A stretch of DNA of 43,007 bases from an uncultured Gammaproteobacteria bacterium (GTDB lineage: Bacteria > Patescibacteriota > Microgenomatia > Daviesbacterales > UBA10151): assembly GCA_964523515.1 (NCBI GenBank), contig CAZFZP010000001.1, forward strand, positions 59,715 to 102,721, written 5' to 3'. The position numbers were made by a program, and so were the translations under genes. Below the pieces are notes generated by a model. The model saw only the letters and a program-made list of their open reading frames with translations, did not search any database and had not been told where the DNA came from. Numbering within the stretch: the first letter of the stretch is position 1; the number at the start of each line of letters is the position of its first letter. This document shows, piece after piece, positions 1 to 7,347 of the stretch.

Positions 1-90
1 TATGCCACTAAAGATGAGCTAAAGCTATCTAAAAATAAGGTGGTGTTTGCAACAGATGACATTGAGGTGATTAATATCAGGCAAAGATAG
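1..90 (+). CDS. possible 3' end of an upstream gene (partial, YATKDELKLSKNKVVFATDDIEVINIRQR*)
   Basis: Frame 1 is open from the window edge to TAG at 88-90. It is too short to assign a function. Confidence 0.45.
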   Translation, partial: YATKDELKLSKNKVVFATDDIEVINIRQR

Positions 91-134
91 GACTCTTTAT
101 TCTAAAGAGGTTAGTTTTTTTACTAATCGTGGTG

Positions 135-143
135 TGCTACACT
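135..143 (+). promoter_or_regulatory. putative extended -10 promoter (TGcTACACT), leaderless-type
   Basis: TGn + TACACT ends 9 nt before the ATG at 153, and no SD sequence is present. Confidence 0.5.
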
Positions 144-152
144 GTGATCGTT

Positions 153-365
153 ATGGTTTTACTTTTAGTATTTATTTTATTACTGAACCTTATTTTCCCT
201 TCGACTGCAATGGCTTACTTAGATCCGGGTAGCGGTAGTTATTTTTTGCAAGTTGTCCTAGGTTTGTTACTCGGTTTTCTGTTTACACTTAAAATTTACT
301 GGGGGCATATTAAAACGTACCTTCAAAAAATTATTTCTAAATTATCTAATCGTATTAAGGAGTAG
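153..365 (+). CDS. small membrane protein with YLDPGSGS motif (signal-like segment, AxA site, TM helix, basic tail)
   Basis: In the ORF track as 129..365. The ATG at 153 is preferred because of the promoter spacing. Sequence: hydrophobic stretch, P-S-T-A-M-A, then YLDPGSGS, a hydrophobic helix and a Lys/Arg-rich tail. It ends 5 nt before the next gene. Confidence 0.8.
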   Translation: MVLLLVFILLLNLIFPSTAMAYLDPGSGSYFLQVVLGLLLGFLFTLKIYWGHIKTYLQKIISKLSNRIKE

Positions 366-370
366 GTTTA

Positions 371-1756
371 ATGGTACATCCCAGTTCATTCCGTGATCCA
401 AGTGGAGAAATTTTTCTTCACCAGGGACAAGTCTACCGGAATATTTCTAAACTATATAAAGAAAACTACCTGCACTTAATCAACTCCGGATTATATCAAG
501 AGTTAGTTCGACTCCAACTTCTAATACCCCACAAAGAGGTCAGGTCTATAAAATCTTCACCCTTATTTGACCATTTTAAAACCATCAAACCACTTCAGAT
601 ACCCTTTATATCCTATCCCTACGAATGGTCGATTAGCCAACTTAAAGATGCAGCTTTAACTATCCTGACAATTCAAAAAATCGCCCTTGAACACCAAATG
701 ATCCTAAAAGATGCCTCTGCATATAATATCCAATTCTTTCAAGGTAAACCTATCCTAATCGATACCCTGTCATTTGAAAAATACCAAGAAGGACAACCAT
801 GGATAGCCTACCGCCAATTTTGTATGCATTTTTTAGCCCCCTTAATGCTGATGAAACATACAGATCGTCAACTAAATAAATTGATGCAGCTATATATCGA
901 TGGAATACCCTTAGATTTAGCTAGTAAACTTTTACCAGTTCACACCTATTTGAACCGGGGAATCCTTTTTCATCTTCATCTTCACTCAAAAGCTCAGGTA
1001 TACTTTGCAAGTAGGCACAAAGATACAAAAAAATCAGCTGTAAGTAGACGTGGTTTAGAAGGACTCCAAGATGATCTTTCTAATATCGTTGAAAAAATCA
1101 CTTTAGCTGACAGTCAAACCGAGTGGGGAGATTACTACAATAATCATAACTACTCAATTAAGGCTCTCGCAGAGAAATCAAGACTAGTATCTCAACTTGT
1201 TAAGCAAACCCGGCCTAAAACGATTTGGGATTTTGGTTCTAACAATGGAATGTATAGTCATTTATTCAAACGCAAAGACTTACAGATTGTCTCATTTGAC
1301 TATGATACACAAGCCGTTGAATCTAATTACCTATATTGCAGAAAGTATAATCTAGTAACTTGCCTGCCTTTGCTGATGGATCTAAAAAATCCAAGCCCTG
1401 AAATCGGTTGGGGTAACCAAGAACGTTATTCTCTAACCCAACGGGGACCTACTGACACCTTACTGGTACTGGCGCTACTTCACCACTTAGTTATCACCAA
1501 TAACATACCCTTTATTAAGTTAGCCCAGTGGTTTAATCAGCTTTGTCAAAACATGATCATTGAATTCGTTCCTAAAACTGACTCCCAGGTTAAGAAATTG
1601 TTAGCAAATCGGGATAATTTTCTTTATGATTATGATGTTGAACAATTTGAAAGGGTATTCTCAAAACATTTTCGAATATTGAAGAAACAGCATATACAAG
1701 ACTCTGAAAGAATTATTTATTTAATGAAAACGCGTGGTGGGGAAACTCTCGGATGA
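371..1756 (+). CDS. noeA: NoeA-like protein: N-terminal protein-kinase-like domain fused to a class I SAM-dependent methyltransferase
   Basis: SFRDPSG, ISYPYEWS, LKDASAYNIQF (catalytic-loop-like) and IDTLSF (DFG-equivalent) in the N-terminal half. IWDFGSNNG SAM-binding motif I and LALLHH in the C-terminal half. The symbol means family resemblance only. Confidence 0.75.
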   Translation: MVHPSSFRDPSGEIFLHQGQVYRNISKLYKENYLHLINSGLYQELVRLQLLIPHKEVRSIKSSPLFDHFKTIKPLQIPFISYPYEWSISQLKDAALTILTIQKIALEHQMILKDASAYNIQFFQGKPILIDTLSFEKYQEGQPWIAYRQFCMHFLAPLMLMKHTDRQLNKLMQLYIDGIPLDLASKLLPVHTYLNRGILFHLHLHSKAQVYFASRHKDTKKSAVSRRGLEGLQDDLSNIVEKITLADSQTEWGDYYNNHNYSIKALAEKSRLVSQLVKQTRPKTIWDFGSNNGMYSHLFKRKDLQIVSFDYDTQAVESNYLYCRKYNLVTCLPLLMDLKNPSPEIGWGNQERYSLTQRGPTDTLLVLALLHHLVITNNIPFIKLAQWFNQLCQNMIIEFVPKTDSQVKKLLANRDNFLYDYDVEQFERVFSKHFRILKKQHIQDSERIIYLMKTRGGETLG

Positions 1757-3342
1757 TCTCTAGGATATTCAAACTACCTTTCTATCCAATTTTGATTGGT
1801 ATATTTCTAGCACTGTCATTATTCTCACTAAATATTAATGAGTTAGAAATTAGAGACTTAGCTCAACCTTTAAGTATCTCTCTTTTTATCGTCATTATTT
1901 TGTGGACTTTAATTAATTTCCTATTTCTTAGTAGAAGTAGGTCGGCGATAGTGACAACAGTAATCTCTATTTTTATCTTCACTTACAGTCGGGTGCATGA
2001 CCTAATCGAATTACTATTTTCTCCGAATTCTGAAACACAACTTCTCATTACTTATTTTTTAATGACACTGCTCATATCTCTAGTCGTCATCTATGTAGTA
2101 AAAAAAAATACTCTGAAGATTCCCGTTATTACGACGGTATTGAACATTTTAGCCTTATCTTTACTGGTTCCTCCGATTTTAACGATTAGTTTAGTTCACT
2201 GGGAGAGAATAAACCGTCTGATCATCACGAGCAATCTTTCTTATACCATTAAATTAGACAGCATAACTAACACTCCGGATATTTACTATATAGTCATAGA
2301 TAGTTATGCCAGCAATAGCTCCTTAAAGCAATTTTTTCAATACGAGAATTCTGAATTTACTGACTACCTAAAAGATAAGGGTTTCTATGTCGCTGACCAA
2401 AGTCAATCTAATTACCCACAAACAGTACTCTCTTTACCTTCAGCATTGAATATGAAGTATGTCGATGAATTGGTCAAACAAGTCGGTTTAACATCCCAAG
2501 ATACAGTACCATTATTTGAACATGGCGAGAAAAACCAACTAGTCTTATACCTTATATCGAAGAGTTATAAATTTTTTAATTTCGGAGCTGGTGGTTACTT
2601 TACAGAAAAAAATAGGTTTGCCGATTTTAATTATTCTTATAATAATCATAATATCAACATCTCTGCCATTACTAGATTATTCCTGGAACAAACATTACTG
2701 AACCCTCTTTTATCTCAACTTGATTGTACGGTACAATCTTCATTTATCTGTATTGGCTCGACTAACGACCGTAGAGATCTATATTATTATCAATTAGCCC
2801 ATCTAAAGCAGGTGCCCTTGATGGCCAAGGAACAAGGTCCTAAATTTGTTTTCGTACATTCGTTACTTGTCCACGGTCCATTTGTAATGAATGAAAAGTG
2901 TGAATACCTACCTCTTTTGGTTGAAAAATCAAAACCGTGGAGGGAGAATTACCGTAATGCTATCACTTGCACCAACCAATTATTAAAGGAGACTATCGAT
3001 GACATAATTAAAAATTCGGTTAATCCACCGATAATTATTCTTCAGTCTGATGAGGGTACTTACCCTGACAGGTTTAGAGGTACCAATATAGATCTAGGTT
3101 ACACTGATGCTACAGCTGATGAGTTGAAAGAAAAATTTGGTATCTTAAACGCTTATTACCTTCCAGATAGAAATCCCGATCAACTACTCTACCCTTCTAT
3201 TACTCCGGTAAATAGCTTTAGGGTTATTCTAAATTCATATTTTGGGGAAGATCTACCCTTAATTAAGGATGCCAGTTACTCTCCGATTCACAAAAAATAT
3301 CCTTACAATTTATTTGAGGTGACAACTTTATTAAAAAATTAA
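1753..3342 (+). CDS. membrane-anchored sulfatase-like / alkaline-phosphatase-superfamily protein (LtaS/EptA-like; NoeB-like)
   Basis: About 5 N-terminal TM helices, then PDIYYIVIDSY, SNYPQT..SLPS (putative Thr nucleophile), FVH...HGPF and IILQSDEG. ATGA overlap with the upstream gene. Confidence 0.75.
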   Translation: MISRIFKLPFYPILIGIFLALSLFSLNINELEIRDLAQPLSISLFIVIILWTLINFLFLSRSRSAIVTTVISIFIFTYSRVHDLIELLFSPNSETQLLITYFLMTLLISLVVIYVVKKNTLKIPVITTVLNILALSLLVPPILTISLVHWERINRLIITSNLSYTIKLDSITNTPDIYYIVIDSYASNSSLKQFFQYENSEFTDYLKDKGFYVADQSQSNYPQTVLSLPSALNMKYVDELVKQVGLTSQDTVPLFEHGEKNQLVLYLISKSYKFFNFGAGGYFTEKNRFADFNYSYNNHNINISAITRLFLEQTLLNPLLSQLDCTVQSSFICIGSTNDRRDLYYYQLAHLKQVPLMAKEQGPKFVFVHSLLVHGPFVMNEKCEYLPLLVEKSKPWRENYRNAITCTNQLLKETIDDIIKNSVNPPIIILQSDEGTYPDRFRGTNIDLGYTDATADELKEKFGILNAYYLPDRNPDQLLYPSITPVNSFRVILNSYFGEDLPLIKDASYSPIHKKYPYNLFEVTTLLKN

Positions 3343-3351
3343 GACATATCC

Positions 3352-4023
3352 TTAATGCTTGACGAGATTTGTTTTAGATTTCTCGCGGGTAAAATCTCGT
3401 CTCTCCCCTAAGAGTTCATTTTTTGAAAGATCATAATATGTAGCCTTATCTTCATCTTGAGGTTGAGGTTTTATTTTATTTAGGTTAGGTACAGTTTGTT
3501 TAAATAACTCCCAGCCAAAGTTCAAACATCGGTAATAGACATCTTCTACTTCATCAATCTCCGGAAAAATTGAAAAATTTACCTGAGAGATTATCGGACC
3601 ATCATCTATACCCGGAGTTATCTCATGAATTGTTACACCATGCGAAGACTCATTATTTTTCAAAGCCCAATTGATAGGTGAGACTCCCCGATATTTTGGT
3701 AGCGGTCCATTATGGATGTTAATAATTTTTTTGCATTTTTTTATAAACCACTCTTTGATTATCCTGTTATAGGTAACTGACACTGCCAGATCGATATCCC
3801 AAGTATCACCCTTAACTGAAGGCAGGTCTTTATAATGACCCGATTCAATTATTTTTACATCATTTTCTCTGGCCCATTTGGTAAAGGATGGCTGCCAAAT
3901 CGGCTCCGGCATCGATGGAACAATCTGAGTTAAATTATAATCTGGGCTGTTTAAAAAATACTCAGCTACCTTTATGGCAAGAGACCCTTTTCCCAGTACA
4001 ATTACTTTCTCTGTTTCATTCAT
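3352..4023 (-). CDS. formyltransferase (Fmt-like N-terminal domain), probable nucleotide-sugar N-formyltransferase
   Basis: INIHNGPLPKYRGVSPINWAL and HGVTIHEITPGIDDGPII motifs. At 223 aa it lacks the Fmt C-terminal tRNA-binding domain. Confidence 0.85.
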   Translation of the reverse strand: MNETEKVIVLGKGSLAIKVAEYFLNSPDYNLTQIVPSMPEPIWQPSFTKWARENDVKIIESGHYKDLPSVKGDTWDIDLAVSVTYNRIIKEWFIKKCKKIINIHNGPLPKYRGVSPINWALKNNESSHGVTIHEITPGIDDGPIISQVNFSIFPEIDEVEDVYYRCLNFGWELFKQTVPNLNKIKPQPQDEDKATYYDLSKNELLGERRDFTREKSKTNLVKH

Positions 4024-4051
4024 AGCTTATTCAAGTGATATTGATTTCGGT

Positions 4052-4060
4052 ATTATAACA
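4052..4060 (-). promoter_or_regulatory. putative extended -10 promoter TGtTATAAT for the formyltransferase
   Basis: Perfect TGnTATAAT on the minus strand, 28 nt upstream of the ATG at 4023. Confidence 0.55.
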
Positions 4061-4069
4061 TTCACACTC

Positions 4070-4098
4070 TTGTAAAAGTTTGGTTGGTTTCGTAGACT
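4070..4098 (+). promoter_or_regulatory. putative sigma70 promoter TTGTAA-17-TAGACT
   Basis: -35-like at 4070-4075 and -10-like at 4093-4098 with a 17-nt spacer. The ATG at 4108 follows 9 nt later. Confidence 0.45.
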
Positions 4099-4107
4099 TT
4101 GCACGAT

Positions 4108-5223
4108 ATGAAAATACCACTAATAGATTTAGGAGCGCAGCATCAGCCCTTAATGAAGGAGATCAACTCTTCCATCAAAGAAATATTTGAAAACTCCAGC
4201 TTTATAAAAGGCCCTACTCTTCAAAAGTTTGAAAAAGAGTTTGCCAAGTTTATTGGTACAAAATATGCTGTTGGGGTAGCTTCTGGCACCGATGCATTAC
4301 ATTTATCATTGATGGCTTTAGGAATCGGTCCTGGGGACGAGGTCATTATTCCAGTTAATACTTTTATCTCCACCGCCTACGCTGCTCTATATGTTGGGGC
4401 TAAGCCGGTATTTGTTGATATAGATGAAAACACTTACAACGTTGATGTAAACATGATCGAGGATAAGATCACTAAAAGGACTCGAGTTATAATTCCAGTT
4501 CATCTATATGGTACCCCAGCTCAAATGGACAAAATCCTCTCGCTGGCAAAAAAATACAATTTAATAGTTATCGAGGATGCCGCTCAAGCCCACGGTTCCT
4601 GCTTCAAGAATAAAAAAGCCGGCACAATGGGGAATCTGGCAGCTTTTAGCTTTTACACCAGTAAAAATTTAGGGGCATGCGGAGATGCGGGTGCAATCAC
4701 TACTAACTCTAGAAAAATGGCTGATTTATTGATCCGCCTACGCGATTTTGGCAGATTATCTCATACCCAATATAGCGAGGTTGGGATAAACAGCAGATTA
4801 GACACCATTCAGGCAGCTATCCTTTCTATTAAATTGAATCATTTAAACCGATGGAATGAGAAGAGAAGACAGGTAGCTAGGTATTATCATCTGAAACTTG
4901 AAGCTCTTAATATTCCAGGGCTGATTGTTCCTCAGATAAGTAAGGACTGTCTTCCCGTTTATTATGTTTATACAATCAGGTGCAAAAAACGTGACAAACT
5001 AGCTGAATATCTTCTATCAAATGGCGTTCAAACCGGAATATACTATCCATTGCCGCTGCACCTTCAAAAATCATTAAAAAGTTTAGGGTATAAAAAAGGA
5101 GATTTTCCAATTACTGAAACTGTCTCTGAGGAGATCCTTTCATTACCTATGTACCCTGAGCTAACTCACTCCCAACAAGACTTTGTTATAAAAGCCATAA
5201 TGGATTTCTATGCAAAAAATTAA
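4108..5223 (+). CDS. DegT/DnrJ/EryC1/StrS PLP-dependent sugar aminotransferase
   Basis: MKIPLIDL start, SGTDAL, IIPVHLYG, IEDAAQAHG, SFYTSKNLGACGDAG (catalytic Lys) and NSRLDTIQAA. Confidence 0.95.
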   Translation: MKIPLIDLGAQHQPLMKEINSSIKEIFENSSFIKGPTLQKFEKEFAKFIGTKYAVGVASGTDALHLSLMALGIGPGDEVIIPVNTFISTAYAALYVGAKPVFVDIDENTYNVDVNMIEDKITKRTRVIIPVHLYGTPAQMDKILSLAKKYNLIVIEDAAQAHGSCFKNKKAGTMGNLAAFSFYTSKNLGACGDAGAITTNSRKMADLLIRLRDFGRLSHTQYSEVGINSRLDTIQAAILSIKLNHLNRWNEKRRQVARYYHLKLEALNIPGLIVPQISKDCLPVYYVYTIRCKKRDKLAEYLLSNGVQTGIYYPLPLHLQKSLKSLGYKKGDFPITETVSEEILSLPMYPELTHSQQDFVIKAIMDFYAKN

Positions 5224-6217
5224 GGTAGGTGTCGTTGGGCTCGGTTATTGGGGGCCAAACTATGTCCGCAATTTCCATAAACATCCACAAGTAGATACAG
5301 TTTATTGCTGTGATCTCTCAGAATCAGCGCTTCTTAAAATCAAGCATCATTACCCACTGCTTCATATAACTAAAAACTATCAAGACTTAATTGATAACCC
5401 TGAGATCGATATCATCGCTATCGCCACTCCACCTATCTCCCACTTCAAGATTGCCAGTGATGCCCTCAAGGCCGGAAAACATGTTCTGCTGGCTAAACCC
5501 CTAACAACTAATTTATCTGATGCTAAAGAGTTGTTAAGGCTTGCCAAAAAAGGAGGACTGCTGATGCATAGTGACCTCACCTATCTTTATAGTAATCCAG
5601 TTAACTATATTAAGGATGCCGTTGATAAAGACAAATTAGGTAAACCGGTATTTTATGATTCAATCCGCTCTAACGCCGGCCCGATCAGGAATGACGCTAA
5701 TGTCATCTGGGATCTGGCTCCCCATGACCTAGCTATTCTGGACCATATATTTCACCTTAAACCCAAATCAGTTTTAGCAACCGGCTCCAAACACTATAAA
5801 AAATCAACCACCGAAGAGATGGCTCATATTGCTTTGACTTTCCCCAATGATTTCGTTGCCCATATCCACATGTCTTGGTTATCGCCTGTCAAGATGAGAG
5901 CTATCACGCTATCCGGAACAAAACAGATGATTCATTTTGATGATGTCCAACCCGAAGATAAGATCAGAGTTTATGATAGCCAGATTATAGAAGTTAAGGA
6001 AAAATCCTCAGCCCGCAAGTTATTTTATAGAAACGGTGATGTTCTAATCCCAAAATTAAAAACTGATGAAGCTCTATTTATAGAGTTTGATGAGATTATA
6101 AACCAGATTCTAAATGATAAGATTGACTATCTTAATGCAAAAATCAGCCTTGGTGTAATAGAAATACTTGAAGCATGTGATAGATCTATAAAAGAAAAGC
6201 GGCTTATCAGACTCTAA
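5210..6217 (+). CDS. Gfo/Idh/MocA oxidoreductase (WbpB/WlbA/GnnA-like sugar 3-dehydrogenase)
   Basis: VGVVGLGYWG Rossmann motif, IATPP..H, HVLLAKPL, WDLAPHD and SWLSPVK. Overlaps the DegT gene. Confidence 0.9.
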   Translation: MQKIKVGVVGLGYWGPNYVRNFHKHPQVDTVYCCDLSESALLKIKHHYPLLHITKNYQDLIDNPEIDIIAIATPPISHFKIASDALKAGKHVLLAKPLTTNLSDAKELLRLAKKGGLLMHSDLTYLYSNPVNYIKDAVDKDKLGKPVFYDSIRSNAGPIRNDANVIWDLAPHDLAILDHIFHLKPKSVLATGSKHYKKSTTEEMAHIALTFPNDFVAHIHMSWLSPVKMRAITLSGTKQMIHFDDVQPEDKIRVYDSQIIEVKEKSSARKLFYRNGDVLIPKLKTDEALFIEFDEIINQILNDKIDYLNAKISLGVIEILEACDRSIKEKRLIRL

Positions 6218-6219
6218 TC

Positions 6220-7347
6220 TTAAGACCATTCATGGTCGACAAGATAATCCACAATGATCTTTGAGGGATTCTTTTCAATAACAAGGGGGGGTCTTCGATA
6301 ACGTTTATAATTTCTTAGAAAGCCTTTAATGGTTCTTTTGTTATCTTTTGCCAGTATGGCATTCTCGTTTAGTCCCTCCATATTCTCCGTCCTGTCACGA
6401 AGCCCTAAATATGGCACTCCCATATAATATGACTCAATTTGGTTAGTAGCGCTATCGGTAGCCAAAAACTCAGCATTTTTAAGCAACTTCATAAAATCCT
6501 TATAAGGAAATCTAGGGGCTATAATCACTCTTTTTTGAATATCTGGGTCCCAGGTCTTACTTAGTGACCCTACAACACTAGTTGTTAAAGGGTTGTTTAA
6601 CAGCACACATTTGAGCCTGGGATCAGCATTCTTGATTACAAACTCAAGTGTTTTCTTAGAATACTCCTTCCTGAAAATTACATGTTCCTGACGATGCATA
6701 AAAAGGTAGTAATATCTGCCAAACTTCGCTATCTCAGACGGAGTTCCAGGAGTATTAATAGCCCATTGGTAGCTCTCTATTAGAGTATTCTGCTTAGTAT
6801 TTAATTTAGCGGCTTTAATTCTCTTAAGGTTACCTTTAGCCCAACTATTTTGAGGGGTTAAAACGTCAGCTAGCCTCCAGATTATATTCCGGCAGATCTC
6901 CTCGGGGAAGGGAATTAATAAATTTCCTGACGAGAGACCAGACTCATTGTGAATTAACTTAACTCCCAAGAATAACTTAGCAATTATTGCTCCCACTAAA
7001 GATGAAACAGTATCACCCTGGACTATGAAATAAGTGTCCCCCTTCTTAAGCCCTTTCAACTCTTGATTTAATCTTCCAGGAGCTATCAGTAAAGTTTTAA
7101 ATACCCAAAATATGAAAAAAAACATTGAGGATTTATTTGCCTTCTCAGGGAAGGCGATATCAGCCCTCATCAGTCCTATGTAATCTATCAACTCATCAAA
7201 ATGAATTTTGCTCTGTCCCGAGGATATGATTTTAAAAGGGATCTTCCTTAGCTGAAATTCTTTGATTATAGGGGCATGTTTAATCAGTTCACCTGTTACC
7301 CCGATAAAAAAATAGATATTTATTTTCCTTTGTTTTTCCAACCCCAC
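6220..7347 (-). CDS. divergent UDP-N-acetylglucosamine 2-epimerase-like protein (WecB family, GT-B fold)
   Basis: GVTGELIK, SGQ, VQGDT, HNESGL, PFPEE..R, HRQE, TDS and RDRTE map onto WecB motifs, but several are degenerate. Confidence 0.75.
   Translation of the reverse strand: MGLEKQRKINIYFFIGVTGELIKHAPIIKEFQLRKIPFKIISSGQSKIHFDELIDYIGLMRADIAFPEKANKSSMFFFIFWVFKTLLIAPGRLNQELKGLKKGDTYFIVQGDTVSSLVGAIIAKLFLGVKLIHNESGLSSGNLLIPFPEEICRNIIWRLADVLTPQNSWAKGNLKRIKAAKLNTKQNTLIESYQWAINTPGTPSEIAKFGRYYYLFMHRQEHVIFRKEYSKKTLEFVIKNADPRLKCVLLNNPLTTSVVGSLSKTWDPDIQKRVIIAPRFPYKDFMKLLKNAEFLATDSATNQIESYYMGVPYLGLRDRTENMEGLNENAILAKDNKRTIKGFLRNYKRYRRPPLVIEKNPSKIIVDYLVDHEWS

Noticed and set aside
371-3342. Nodulation function implied by the NoeA-like resemblance
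   Set aside because: No nodABC or other symbiosis genes are in the window, and the context is surface-glycan synthesis.
3352-4023. Methionyl-tRNA formyltransferase (fmt)
   Set aside because: It is too short, lacks the C-terminal domain, and sits next to amino-sugar genes.
6285-6291. G7 tract and several A/T 8-9-mers (for example 2100-2108) as phase-variation sites
   Set aside because: They are short, expected in AT-rich DNA, and all reading frames are intact.
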